Source: a virus
UHGV virus genome: UHGV-0099614
Length of the DNA: 28,758 nt
Direction: 5' to 3' (one strand)
The notes under the pieces are model-generated. The model was not told the origin of the DNA. It was given only the letters and a program-made list of their open reading frames with translations, and ran no database searches. Below are positions 10,193 to 19,375 of this stretch, piece after piece. How positions within the stretch are numbered: position 1 is the stretch's first letter; the number at the start of each line of letters is the position of its first letter. Made by a program: the position numbers and the translations under genes.

Positions 10193-10556
10193 TTACTTCT
10201 GGTTATCATCACTGTTCATCCAGTACATGATGCCTAGCCTTGATATGGTTTTCTTATCTGATTCTGGAAGTGAGTTGTAAAACGAGCGCCAAGCAGAAGA
10301 GCGTCTTACAGTTGTATCAACGATGCTTTCTGGTGCTTGTTTTACTGCCAGCCTTGCTGCTTTCTGGAATTCTGGTGAACGGAGCAAGGTTTTTCATGAT
10401 CGTCTGCCACTGCTGATTTTGCAGATCTGCAGCATACTTCTGAGCTTCTGCTGCATACTTTGCGCTTTTATCAGAACTGCCACCTTTCCCGCCTTTTTCA
10501 TGGCAATAAGGTTCCTCGCCGCGCAGTTTTCTGCCCAGCTTAAATGCATATAACAT
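10193..10556 (-). pseudogene. Frameshifted/truncated remnant of a phage internal (ejection) protein gene, gene 7-like by position
   Basis: Two overlapping minus-strand ORFs in different frames (10317..10556 and 10193..10387) directly downstream of the gene 14-position ORF. Gly/Lys/Ala-rich N-terminus MLYAFKLGRKLRGEEP... Identity by synteny with the P22 order 10-26-14-7 only. Confidence 0.35.
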
Positions 10557-10558
10557 GG

Positions 10559-11014
10559 CTATCTCCCGTGATTCAGGAAGTCGATTAGTTCTTCGCGTGT
10601 GGCGCTGTAAAAAGTCACGTCATCCACGCCTTTAAAGTATTTCTTGATGGTTCCGACACGCTTAAGGCCAATCATTGCGCAGTACATCTGACCGTGGCGG
10701 AATTTGCGTGCAGCGAACGATGTTACGCACTGAACGGTGGTGTTAGTCAGAATGTATCGCCAGAACGCCAGCCCGATTTCCTTGCTGAATCCACGAACCT
10801 CTGGCAGGTACATGGCGTGGCAATCGAATGTCAGCGGCTGAATCTCCTGATAGTAAACAATGCCGCCGAACTGCCCGTGCACGTTCACCTCAAAGTAACG
10901 GCAATCATGTTTATAGTCGTATCCATCACCGTTGTTGCTCCCGGCAATAATGTCAGGGTGATTTCCGACTGCTTCGATCAGGTCGATGTTTCGCGTTGGT
11001 TTGAACTGAATCAT
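10559..11014 (-). CDS. Phage protein at the gene 14 position of a P22-like tail/ejection module
   Basis: 151-aa ORF whose start overlaps the stop of the tail needle gene at 11014. Function assigned by position only. Confidence 0.4.
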   Translation of the reverse strand: MIQFKPTRNIDLIEAVGNHPDIIAGSNNGDGYDYKHDCRYFEVNVHGQFGGIVYYQEIQPLTFDCHAMYLPEVRGFSKEIGLAFWRYILTNTTVQCVTSFAARKFRHGQMYCAMIGLKRVGTIKKYFKGVDDVTFYSATREELIDFLNHGR

Positions 11015-11862
11015 TACTGCTCCGCGATTATCTTGATGGTTGTGGCAGTAAACGCCGCACCATTTGACTGAATGGTTAACGTGCTGCCATTTGTGGCAAG
11101 AAAGCCGTCTTTATCCACGCTGAAGAACGTAGCTAACAAGATGTTATCGGTTGTTGTCGCCGAGTTGCGACTGCTTACCAGTGTGTCAGGAACAGAGCCG
11201 GAAAAGGTTAGCTGCATTGACCTGTTGGCGGTTCCGCTGGGCCACGTCCCGACGATCGACAGCTTGAAGAACAAGGTTTTGTTCTCGTTGAACACAACCA
11301 TCTTGTTGTTAACGGTGTCGAAGAATGGTGCCAACGTGCCGGATGACGGCGTGAGCGTTTTCAGCAGGCTAACAAGGTTGGTCGGCGCTGTCGGGATGGT
11401 TACAGATACGCCAGAGTAAACAACCTCTGACTTCTTGCGAGTAGTGGCATACTCCAGAGCATCGATGCGCGTTTCATGGTCTGAAACCTGCGATTCCAGC
11501 GACTGAACTCTGGTATCAAGCGACGCAATATCGCTTTCATTCTGAGCGATTCGCGTTTCATGTTCCTGAAGAGTTGATTCTGCCTGGCTGATTCGCTCCT
11601 CATGATTAACAAGCGTTGCTTCCGCAGCAGAAATTCGCTGCTCATGGTCAGCGAGAATCACATCCTGCTCATCGTTTCTGACCTGTGCATCATAAGCGCC
11701 CTGTCCGGCCTCGTTGGCCTTGTTCGCCACGTTACCAACATCAGTACCCTGTGCGATAACGTACAGCAGATATGACTGCGAGAAGATATTGCGTGGAAGG
11801 ACTGATGTGTCGAGCCGCGTAGCCTGGATGATTACCGGCACATTGAGATTCGAATCAGCCAT
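11014..11862 (-). CDS. Tail needle protein (P22 gp26-like N-terminus, coiled coil, C-terminal knob as in Sf6/HK620-type needles)
   Basis: From ATG at 11862: [43 protein letters not shown]...[16 protein letters not shown] matches the P22 gp26 N-terminus as recalled. Followed by heptad-like repeats ([18 protein letters not shown]..) and an extra C-terminal domain. 282 aa. Confidence 0.8.
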   Translation of the reverse strand: MADSNLNVPVIIQATRLDTSVLPRNIFSQSYLLYVIAQGTDVGNVANKANEAGQGAYDAQVRNDEQDVILADHEQRISAAEATLVNHEERISQAESTLQEHETRIAQNESDIASLDTRVQSLESQVSDHETRIDALEYATTRKKSEVVYSGVSVTIPTAPTNLVSLLKTLTPSSGTLAPFFDTVNNKMVVFNENKTLFFKLSIVGTWPSGTANRSMQLTFSGSVPDTLVSSRNSATTTDNILLATFFSVDKDGFLATNGSTLTIQSNGAAFTATTIKIIAEQ

Positions 11863-12388
11863 TAACATGCCTCCATGCCTTGCCATTTACAATTCTACTA
11901 ACCTTTGAATTGTGAATTCCAAATAATTTAGCAACTTCACACTGAGGAAATCCATTGGCAACCATTTCTTTTATCTTTATGACATCATCATTAGATATTT
12001 TAGAATTACCATTCCTTTCTCCTTTTACATTACCTCTCGATTCCAATCCATATGAGTGTGAGATGTTTCCTGATGGAGTAACCCATTCAAGATTTAGATA
12101 GTTATTATTATATTTATCACCATCTATATGATTAACCTGTAACCCTTCAGCAAATCCACCGACAAAGTGAGATGCAACAAGCTTATGTATTAGTATGTTC
12201 TTTTTTACGCCATCCTTATATAAGCACACATACTTATATCCATTTACGTTATGATTATGCTTCAGCCACCTCCCCTTAATAAGACGCCCCCTCAAATTTA
12301 CTCTTGAATGCGAGTAAACTCTACCATCATTAGTGATGGCGTACAGTCCTTCATATCCTTCGATATCTTTTGCGTTTTCACTTAACAT
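11855..12388 (-). CDS. Free-standing HNH homing endonuclease (NUMOD4 + HNH_3 + C-terminal HTH)
   Basis: 177 aa, AT-rich. [18 protein letters not shown] is a NUMOD4-type motif; [18 protein letters not shown] is an HNH_3 motif; C-terminal [15 protein letters not shown] is HTH-like. Sits between gene 10 and gene 26 homologues. Confidence 0.85.
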   Translation of the reverse strand: MLSENAKDIEGYEGLYAITNDGRVYSHSRVNLRGRLIKGRWLKHNHNVNGYKYVCLYKDGVKKNILIHKLVASHFVGGFAEGLQVNHIDGDKYNNNYLNLEWVTPSGNISHSYGLESRGNVKGERNGNSKISNDDVIKIKEMVANGFPQCEVAKLFGIHNSKVSRIVNGKAWRHVNG

Positions 12389-12409
12389 ATCTACTCCTTG
12401 AGTTTCGAT

Positions 12410-13828
12410 TTATGTTACACGAATAGAAAGGCCTGATAATGTAACAGGACCTTTTGCAATAACTCTGAATTTAAATCCAATGAGACGTCTAACTCGACCA
12501 ACTTTTCGCCATAAAACGCGATTGTCATATACAAATGGTTTTTGTAATACGACCATTTGCTCACGACCGTAATTAATTCCATCTGTAGTGGCTGATATAA
12601 ATATTCTATCTATTCTATCACACACGCCGCCAGATGTTTCTAATTCAAGGTCATTTATTAAAACGTTATCAGCCTTTATTAGAGGGGAATATAAAATATG
12701 CTCTTGTTGTTTTTCGTATTGTGAAGATATATCGAATTGCAATTTCCCGGTCACGGACTCCAGTTTATCGCCGCACGTTATCTGATTGCCTTCGTAAATG
12801 AAGTCGATAGCGCGGTACACATCGTCATAAAGGCCTGTTTTCAACACACACCATTGCGGACCATTGGCGCTTGAAGATGCGTCGTACACCAGAACATGGC
12901 GCGGAAGATGGATAATCAGAAGCTCATGCGCATCAAATCGCAGCGATTCCATCACGCCATCAGCCAGTTCATCAGCAGTGTAGGAGCGGAGTATTTTCTC
13001 AATGCTCGCGCTGGCGATTGGTGATACCTGACCGGAACCGATGATATACACAGACGGCGCACCTGTTGCCGGATTGCTGATGAACGCATACGAATCAGCG
13101 AATGGCGTTTTGCAGTAAGTCCCGGCAATGCCTTTCTGCACCATCAGTGATGGCTGTGCGACATACAAAGCAGCACCAACGGTGGTTGCACCAGTCAGGG
13201 AGAAATATTCAATCGTCGATGAACCAAAACAGACGATGAAATCTCGCCATGTGCCGATACCGATGATGCCGTCCGGCTGCGATTCTGCGCGATATTGTGC
13301 GCTGTATCGGTCAGGGTGCGATTCGTCTTCAAGGTCAGTGATAAACCATGAATCAGTTCCGTCTTTTGACCACGCATAACGCCCACGTAAGCGCGTAATG
13401 TCGCGAACTGAACCTAACTCGTACTGTGTGAATCCGCTGTCTGTAGGCCAGTTTGAGACGGTTTTAACCGTGCCATCATAGCGATACTCGACCAGTTGAC
13501 CATTAACGCCTACCGCCTGTGATGTTCGACCGTGCGCCATTGATACGCGACCACTTCCTGCAACATCACCGACTTCACTTTCGCCCTTATACAACTTGCC
13601 ACCGCAAACGCGATAAACAGCATTCTGCGCCATGTTGTACTCGACGCCCCGCGATACGCCGTTCACATCAGAACGTTTGGCAATGCCCGGGAATGAGCGA
13701 AGATATCCGCTGCTGTTGAGTATTTCTTTGGGTGTAGCCAGCATATTCACTGGAAGATAGTCGATATAGTCGGCGTTTCGGAAGTCTTTGCCGACACCTT
13801 TCATAAGCGGAAGTTGCTGAATCGGCAT
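12410..13828 (-). CDS. P22 gp10-like tail accessory protein (packaged-DNA stabilisation / tail hub)
   Basis: 472 aa, identical in length to P22 gp10. N-terminus [49 protein letters not shown] matches my recollection of gp10. Confidence 0.8.
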   Translation of the reverse strand: MPIQQLPLMKGVGKDFRNADYIDYLPVNMLATPKEILNSSGYLRSFPGIAKRSDVNGVSRGVEYNMAQNAVYRVCGGKLYKGESEVGDVAGSGRVSMAHGRTSQAVGVNGQLVEYRYDGTVKTVSNWPTDSGFTQYELGSVRDITRLRGRYAWSKDGTDSWFITDLEDESHPDRYSAQYRAESQPDGIIGIGTWRDFIVCFGSSTIEYFSLTGATTVGAALYVAQPSLMVQKGIAGTYCKTPFADSYAFISNPATGAPSVYIIGSGQVSPIASASIEKILRSYTADELADGVMESLRFDAHELLIIHLPRHVLVYDASSSANGPQWCVLKTGLYDDVYRAIDFIYEGNQITCGDKLESVTGKLQFDISSQYEKQQEHILYSPLIKADNVLINDLELETSGGVCDRIDRIFISATTDGINYGREQMVVLQKPFVYDNRVLWRKVGRVRRLIGFKFRVIAKGPVTLSGLSIRVT

Positions 13829-13925
13829 TATTCGCTCCCGTTATCGCAAGGTTCCTTTCGGTGGAAGTAATTCCAACCGTTCCACTTCGCCAACTGGTTA
13901 CCGCTACCAACAGGCATACGGTTTG

Positions 13926-14132
13926 GATATACGTTTTACCGAGCATGATGTCTTTTCCGGTGTGTCCGTGACATACAGTCCATACACCAACGATATCTTT
14001 ATATGGTATGTAGCTGACACCTTCCAGACCATCGTTACCACTTGGCCCAGTGATTAACACAGATGCTATAGCAATAGCCCCGCCACTTATCGCCGCTATT
14101 ACGCTATTTCGTAGTGCCGGTGACATTGCCAT
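13926..14132 (-). pseudogene. SAR-endolysin 5' fragment (phage 21 R-like lysozyme), truncated by deletion
   Basis: First ~69 codons [68 protein letters not shown] match the signal-anchor-release domain plus catalytic E..D..T region of phage 21-type endolysins. Beyond that the frame reads meaninglessly into gene 10. Boundary approximate. Confidence 0.7.
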
Positions 14133-14307
14133 TCAATCTGTCCTCGCGCTCTTTGCGCTTGTAGTACCAGTTGATGCCAAATGTGCCGACAGTACAAAGA
14201 ATACCAATGATGACAGCCCAGTCATTCAGGGAGAGAATGCCACCCATCGCAGTCAGTCCTCCGAAGCTGTAACTGAACCATTCTCTGATTTTGTCCATAC
14301 GGTACAT
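14104..14307 (-). CDS. Class II holin (pinholin-like) of the lysis cassette
   Basis: 67 aa with two hydrophobic segments and a charged C-terminus ([10 protein letters not shown]). Overlaps the start of the SAR-endolysin fragment as holin-endolysin pairs do. Start codon uncertain (MYRMDKI). Confidence 0.6.
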   Translation of the reverse strand: MYRMDKIREWFSYSFGGLTAMGGILSLNDWAVIIGILCTVGTFGINWYYKRKEREDRLNGNVTGTTK

Positions 14308-14548
14308 GCTCTACCCCTTCATTGAGGGGATTTGCTCTATTTAATTAGGAATAAGGTCGATTACTGATAGAACAAATCCAGGCTACTGTGTTTAGTAATC
14401 AGATTTGTTCGTGACCGATATGCACGGGCAAAACGGCATGAGGTTGTTAGCGCAACCTCTTGCCACCCGCTTTCACGAAGCCAGCCATTGCGCTGGTTTT
14501 CTTTTATGCAAAGCACACCGCACCGTAGCCACAGCGGATAGATGGTCA

Positions 14549-15076
14549 TCAGAATCCTCCTTTCTTCTTGGACTGCGGTTCCTCGCGTTCACGGCGGCGC
14601 ATTTCAGCAGACTGTTGGTCTGTATCATAAATAGCGCCATTTGCCTGAATGCAATACACCGTGCCGGTATTGCCATGACGATTGAGACGAAGGATTAGTT
14701 CGGTTTCACCAGGTGGAACACTGTCATCAAAAGCACCTTCACGATGGATCCCCACCCAATAATCGCAATCCTGTTCAATCTGCCCTGTATCGCGCGAGTC
14801 ACTTGGTAATGGGCGTTTATTGGTTCGGCTTTCCAGTGCGCGGTTAAGCTGTGTCAGAAGCACAACAACGCAATCAAGCTCTTTGGCAAGGTTCTTCAGT
14901 CCTTTGGTGATCATGCCGTAAGCAAGGTCGTTGCGATCGGCCTTCTCAGCGGTCATTAGTGTCAGGTAGAGCCTGCTGTCCATAAACTGGCGGTGTATAG
15001 AGACATACCCCATACTGGATGCCTCCTGATGTTGTACAGGGTTATGCCTGTAATCAGCTAACTTAACGACGCCCAT
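14549..15076 (-). pseudogene. DnaB-family replicative helicase C-terminal fragment (P22 gene 12-like)
   Basis: Contains DnaB C-terminal motifs VVLLTQLNRALESRTNKRPLPSDSRDTGQIEQDCDYWVGIHRE and GNTGTV, but the ORF is only 175 aa versus more than 450 for a full helicase. N-terminal RecA-fold motifs are absent. Confidence 0.7.
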
Positions 15077-15258
15077 GCTTCACTCCTGCTTTGGCTAGTC
15101 TGTAAACACCAACAAGGCGCTCTGCGAACGCCCTGTTATTTGCTGCGGCTACCACTAATCCCTCAGGTGAATCAGGGTGTCGAATCTCTTCTTTTTCCTG
15201 GTATTTCTTACGACGTTTTGTCATAATTACTCCTGTGGATTGATCCAGTCTTTCTACA

Positions 15259-15537
15259 TCAGGCCTCGAAGAATTCGCCGTTCTTCGGGGCTTTTTCTTT
15301 TGTCAGCATTCTGGCTACTTTCTTAGCCAGTTCCGCCAACTCCTCGTCTTCAACACCCCATTCAAGAACAGCCAGAAGCATTCCCATTTTTGGGATGAAG
15401 CTGTCTTTCCATCGCGAAATTTGCGATTCATTAATCCCTAACGCGTCGGCAACCTTTCGCTGGCCACGTACAGCAATTCGATTCAGGATGTTGCTTGTAA
15501 TTGCATTCGCTTTCTTGCGAGTACTTGTAAGTTGCAT
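15259..15537 (-). CDS. cII: CII-like transcriptional activator
   Basis: From the internal Met: MQLTSTRKKANAITSNILNRIAVRGQRKVADALGINESQISRWKDSFIPKMGMLLAVLEWGV... matches lambda CII (SQISRWK..IPK.SMLLAVLEWGV). Lies immediately downstream of cro. The ORF track extends to 15624. Confidence 0.7.
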   Translation of the reverse strand: MQLTSTRKKANAITSNILNRIAVRGQRKVADALGINESQISRWKDSFIPKMGMLLAVLEWGVEDEELAELAKKVARMLTKEKAPKNGEFFEA

Positions 15538-15645
15538 ATGTAAGTATTTCCTTAACAAATAAGAAGTTATGCGCATCAACTTATGCGCGTTGTATTCCCG
15601 CATTTCGGCGGGAATGATGACCATGACTGTTAAAGAGCGGTGTTA

Positions 15646-15846
15646 CTATTTGTTTTTCTTGTTGCTTGGGAAAGGACGAACTTCCTCTCCAATCACACTG
15701 CCATCAGGCTTTACCGTAACCATGATGTTACGGCCTGCCAGAATGGCCTTGCTGATAGCGCACTGGATTACACCAAAGTCACTGGCTGCTTTAGCCTGTC
15801 CATGGATTTTGGCGTAATCGGCAAGTGTCATTCGAATCATATGCAC
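15646..15846 (-). CDS. cro: Cro repressor (lambda Cro-like)
   Basis: 66 aa. [59 protein letters not shown] closely resembles lambda Cro. Divergent from cI. Confidence 0.8.
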   Translation of the reverse strand: MHMIRMTLADYAKIHGQAKAASDFGVIQCAISKAILAGRNIMVTVKPDGSVIGEEVRPFPSNKKNK

Positions 15847-15871
15847 TCTCCGTTATTAACCATGAACAAAG

Positions 15872-15911
15872 AATACTACAGGTATTCAAAGCAATCAATA
15901 CTCAGGGTATT
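15872..15911. promoter_or_regulatory. OR operator region: two 15-bp palindromic sites AATAC-N5-GTATT between cro and cI
   Basis: aatactacaggtatt (15872..15886) and aatactcagggtatt (15897..15911), perfect inverted arms. The same motif recurs on the other side of cI (17181..17220). Confidence 0.65.
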
Positions 15912-15946
15912 TTTAGTTTAAGTACCTTAGCTATTAGAATTAAGCT

Positions 15947-16663
15947 ATGGAAAATAAAAAATCACTGACGACAGAACAGCTCGAAGACGCTAAGCGGCTT
16001 AAGGCTTTGTATGAGTCAAAAAAGAAAGAATTGGGAATAACCCAATACTCAATCGCTGATGAACTGGGTATCACCCAAGGAGCGGTAGGGCATTATCTTA
16101 ATGGCAGAAACGCGCTAAACGTTGAGGTTGCATCTGGTTTTGCACGATTGTTGCAAGTCTCAATTGCTGATTTTAGCCAGTCAATTGCTGCCAAGGTTGC
16201 AGAACAGGCAGAAAGCCTTAAGAGCGATGCCAACGTAAGGTATGCAGGGGAATACAGAGCAGGAAAGAGGTATCCGGTGTTAAGCAGTATCCAGGCTGGC
16301 TCGTGGTGTGAAGCATGCGAACCATACACCATTAAAGACATAGATGTTTGGCTTGAGTCTGACGCGCATATTCAAGGTAATGCGTTCTGGCTTAAAGTGG
16401 AAGGTGATTCAATGACGGCACCGGTTGGGTTAAGCATTCCAGAGGGAACATTCGTTCTTTTCGATACCGGAAGGGAGGCGATCAACGGCAGCTTGGTCAT
16501 AGCAAAACTTTCTGACTCTAACGAAGCAACATTCAAGAAGCTGATAATCGACGGCGGAAATAAATACCTCAAGGGACTTAACCCTGCATGGCCTCTCGTG
16601 CCAATCAATGGAAACTGCAAGATTATAGGCGTTGCAATTGAGACAAAACTAAGGCTGGTTTGA
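15947..16663 (+). CDS. cI: CI-type prophage repressor (HTH N-domain plus LexA-like S24 autopeptidase C-domain)
   Basis: 238 aa. N-terminal LTTEQLEDAKRLKALYESKKKELGITQ and C-terminal FWLKVEGDSMTAP...ATFKKLI (Ser/Lys dyad) align with lambda CI (237 aa) by recollection. Confidence 0.9.
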   Translation: MENKKSLTTEQLEDAKRLKALYESKKKELGITQYSIADELGITQGAVGHYLNGRNALNVEVASGFARLLQVSIADFSQSIAAKVAEQAESLKSDANVRYAGEYRAGKRYPVLSSIQAGSWCEACEPYTIKDIDVWLESDAHIQGNAFWLKVEGDSMTAPVGLSIPEGTFVLFDTGREAINGSLVIAKLSDSNEATFKKLIIDGGNKYLKGLNPAWPLVPINGNCKIIGVAIETKLRLV

Positions 16664-16680
16664 TCACGCAAGGGGCGCTT

Positions 16681-17049
16681 ATGGTTGGAACCGCTATAGC
16701 AAGCTTTTTTGGGATGTTGGCAATCTCGACAATTTACGGCTTAGCGCATGCTTTTATTGCGAAATCTCTATCAGAAAAAATAAGCCAGGCTTGGGCGCAT
16801 AGATCAGCTCGTTTCATGATTCTGGTGATCATGGCAATACAAGGGATATCTGCATTTATCCTCTATGGATCAAGCTTATACCTATTGTATCAAGGCGCGA
16901 CATTTACGCCTTACACCAGTGATTACGGAACTCTATACGATGGTAGTGAAGACATCTCTATGGCTTGGATTGTCTTTGGTTTATCTATGGCCGTGTCTGT
17001 TGTAGCAGACATCATTAAGGTAATTCTCGTCTTAACCTTCGCTGACTAA
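16681..17049 (+). CDS. Small polytopic membrane protein co-transcribed with cI (rex/sie position); candidate superinfection-exclusion protein
   Basis: Starts 17 bp after the cI stop with SD aagggg before ATG 16681 (the ORF track begins at a TTG at 16660). About four hydrophobic helices. Occupies the position of rexA/rexB between cI and OL. Confidence 0.5.
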   Translation: MVGTAIASFFGMLAISTIYGLAHAFIAKSLSEKISQAWAHRSARFMILVIMAIQGISAFILYGSSLYLLYQGATFTPYTSDYGTLYDGSEDISMAWIVFGLSMAVSVVADIIKVILVLTFAD

Positions 17050-17135
17050 CCCATAATCCCGGCAGCAATAGCTATCGGGATCCACTTCACATATCCCGCA
17101 TAAAAAGCACTGAACAAGCAGACACCGAAAAAATA

Positions 17136-17220
17136 AATATCCTTTGTATTCATTTGCTTATCATTATTTTACCAAAAATAAATACCTTGGGTATTTACAC
17201 AATAAAATACCTACAGTATT
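17136..17220. promoter_or_regulatory. OL operator region: three copies of the AATAC-N5-GTATT site
   Basis: aatatcctttgtatt (17136..17150, one mismatch), aataccttgggtatt (17181..17195), aatacctacagtatt (17206..17220). Confidence 0.6.
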
Positions 17221-17676
17221 CTTTAGCCATCAGCAGGACGCTGGTAGCCAAACGGAACAGATTGGCAGGCTCTTTAACATTGATGGGATTGTCCCGCCGA
17301 AATGCGGGAACCAAAGAGTAGTTGGCTTTGGGGTGTGGTGAAGCCAGCTAGTCACTGGCAAGTGCTTACCTACTGTTGAGCGGTGAAGAGCTCCCAACGC
17401 TAGCAATAGCGTGGACGAGATGGGGAGCTGCGGGCGATAAGGCCGCCATAACGCGCACGTTGTCGCATGGAAAAATCGCTGGGGTGCCGGTTATACCCCT
17501 CCGAATGAGACTCAACAAGCTGGAGCTAGACTACCAGCCACCACACCACCAAAGCTAATCATCTGAGGAACAGAAAATGTTAGACATCATGACCAACCCA
17601 ATTCTCGGTGGTTTAGTTACCACATTCGCCATCTGCTTCGGTTTCACTAACCGCAGAGAAAGCGAAAGATAACTTC

Positions 17677-17970
17677 ATGCCTAACTTCATGTTTTCCACT
17701 CGCGACGTGCTGGCGATGCTGGATGAGCTGGAGAAGATGCAGGCGCAATCGTCCAAATGGTGCGAAGCCTTCCATAAAGCCGTTTCCGTTGGCGCTCGGT
17801 ATGAGGAGCGGATTGCTGAACTGGAAGCACGGGAAATATCGCTCCCAGAACGTAGCAGTATGCTTCATCGAACAGATTTTCACGATGATTACCAAACGGT
17901 AATGGCATACAAAGTTTCTGAAGTCATCGCTGCAATCCGCGCTGCTGGTATTCGCATCAAAGGAGAGTGA
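17677..17970 (+). CDS. Hypothetical phage early-region protein
   Basis: 97-aa ORF with ATG and reasonable codon usage, downstream of OL/PL. No family recognised. Confidence 0.4.
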   Translation: MPNFMFSTRDVLAMLDELEKMQAQSSKWCEAFHKAVSVGARYEERIAELEAREISLPERSSMLHRTDFHDDYQTVMAYKVSEVIAAIRAAGIRIKGE

Positions 17971-17982
17971 TATGAGCACTGG

Positions 17983-18279
17983 ATGATAAACAAGGCATTA
18001 CGCTTAATGGGCTATAACACGCAAGAGGACGTAACTGGACATGGATTCCGTGCCACAGCCTGTAGTTCCCTGATGGAGTCCGGTTTGTGGCAGGAGGACG
18101 CAGTAGAGCGCCAGATGAGCCACAAAGAATATAAAGACGTTAAAAGAGCCTACAAGCACAAGGCTGATTACTTAGAAGAGCGCAAACTAATGCTTCAATG
18201 GTGGGCAGATTATCTGGACGCCAATCGAGAAATACACATAAGCCCTTACGAGTTCGGAAGGAGAACACGCCGTGACTAA
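17983..18279 (+). pseudogene. P4-type integrase C-terminal fragment (about 98 codons)
   Basis: GHGFRATACS and EERKLMLQWWADYLD parallel the HGFRH and RREMMQWWADWID region of the intact integrase at 4149..5306. No N-terminal or arm-binding region upstream; an in-frame stop lies at 17968. Confidence 0.75.
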
Positions 18280-19027
18280 GATGACAGGACTAGATGCGTT
18301 TTATAACGAGTCAGAAGATAAAATCTGGTTTGGTAATCTGATCAGCGAACTGGCAAGACTAAACAATGAAAATGAAAGAATGATAGCTGCCGCTATCTTA
18401 AGTAACTACAGATTGAGCAAGACTAAACCAGATACTTTAGGGGGGCTGGGCTTTTATCAGTTCGATTGGGTATCTGGTTTTACGACAAATGAAGACTTTG
18501 AAAAGCAGTGTGTGGAGTTTTTAGGTCTTCTGGCTATGGGGCATGAATACAGGGAGAGCCCGATACCGGGGGAAGAAGGGACTTTCAACGTTAGGAAAGG
18601 AGAAGACTTTTTATATCACGATGATGAGGATGATTGGTATGGGTCTTACGATTCGTTTTATTTCAAGCGATCCGAGGTTGTGAACTTCTTTCCAGAACTG
18701 GATATGAATGTTCCAGATAACGAACCAGAAATTGGAGCACTGTCAAAAAAAGTAGAAAGAGAACAAAACTGGAGAGGAAAAGATACGGCTTTAAAGATGA
18801 TCGCCGGAATGGCGATTGCCTTATTTGAATCAAGCAAAGATTTCCATAGTGGAGGAAACCTTAGTATCAATAGGGTTAGTGCCCAAGTAATAGAAAACAA
18901 CATAATATTCGGGAACGATGAAGACAGCGATACCCACCCAGATACATTTCGGAGATTGCTAACGAACGCTTTGGATAAGTACGCCCCCAAATTTAAGAAC
19001 AAAGCAACCAAAAAGTGTCCAAAATAA
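18272..19027 (+). CDS. Hypothetical acidic protein (251 aa)
   Basis: ORF overlapping the integrase-fragment stop (ATGA), Asp/Glu-rich. No family recognised. Confidence 0.5.
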   Translation: MTKMTGLDAFYNESEDKIWFGNLISELARLNNENERMIAAAILSNYRLSKTKPDTLGGLGFYQFDWVSGFTTNEDFEKQCVEFLGLLAMGHEYRESPIPGEEGTFNVRKGEDFLYHDDEDDWYGSYDSFYFKRSEVVNFFPELDMNVPDNEPEIGALSKKVEREQNWRGKDTALKMIAGMAIALFESSKDFHSGGNLSINRVSAQVIENNIIFGNDEDSDTHPDTFRRLLTNALDKYAPKFKNKATKKCPK

Positions 19028-19183
19028 AGGAAGGATGTTCCCAAATTGTGCGTTAGAACTAAAAAATAACGCCCAATTTGGGGTAATTCTATTCCCAAAA
19101 ATTTTTTCTCCAAATTCACAGAAAACTTAAAAAAACAATGATTTACTATCTCACATAGTCAAGCAACGTATTACGAGGTAGAT

Positions 19184-19375
19184 ATGAAAAAGTCGCTGAT
19201 TCGGCTATCTGAGGTTTTGAAACGCACTGGCTATAGCAAGGCGTGGGTATATGCTCTGATGAGCCGAGGACAATTCCCCCAATCAGTCAAGATTGGTGCT
19301 CGCGCAATAGCTTTTATTGAAAGCGAGATCGATGACTGGATCGATCAACGTATAGCCGAATCGCGTAGCAACTAA
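19184..19375 (+). CDS. alpA: AlpA-family transcriptional regulator / excisionase-like protein
   Basis: 63 aa. LIRLSEVLKRTGYSKAWVYALMSRGQFPQSVKIGARAIAFIESEIDDWI is the characteristic AlpA/phage-regulatory HTH pattern (prophage CP4-57 regulator family). Confidence 0.7.
   Translation: MKKSLIRLSEVLKRTGYSKAWVYALMSRGQFPQSVKIGARAIAFIESEIDDWIDQRIAESRSN

Noticed and set aside
10193..10556. Two separate small genes (64 aa and 79 aa)
   Set aside because: They overlap by about 70 bp in different frames on the same strand and sit where a single ejection-protein gene is expected. A frameshifted remnant is more parsimonious.
13668..14132. The 154-aa minus-strand ORF as an intact lysozyme gene
   Set aside because: Only the first ~69 residues look like a SAR endolysin. 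The remainder overlaps gene 10 out of frame and has no lysozyme-like sequence, so I annotated a truncated pseudogene.
14361..14698. ORFs 14361..14549, 14405..14698 and 14473..14676 between the helicase fragment and the holin
   Set aside because: Mutually overlapping in several frames with Arg/Cys-rich translations. This region should hold the late promoter and leader, not genes; a Q antiterminator gene is absent.
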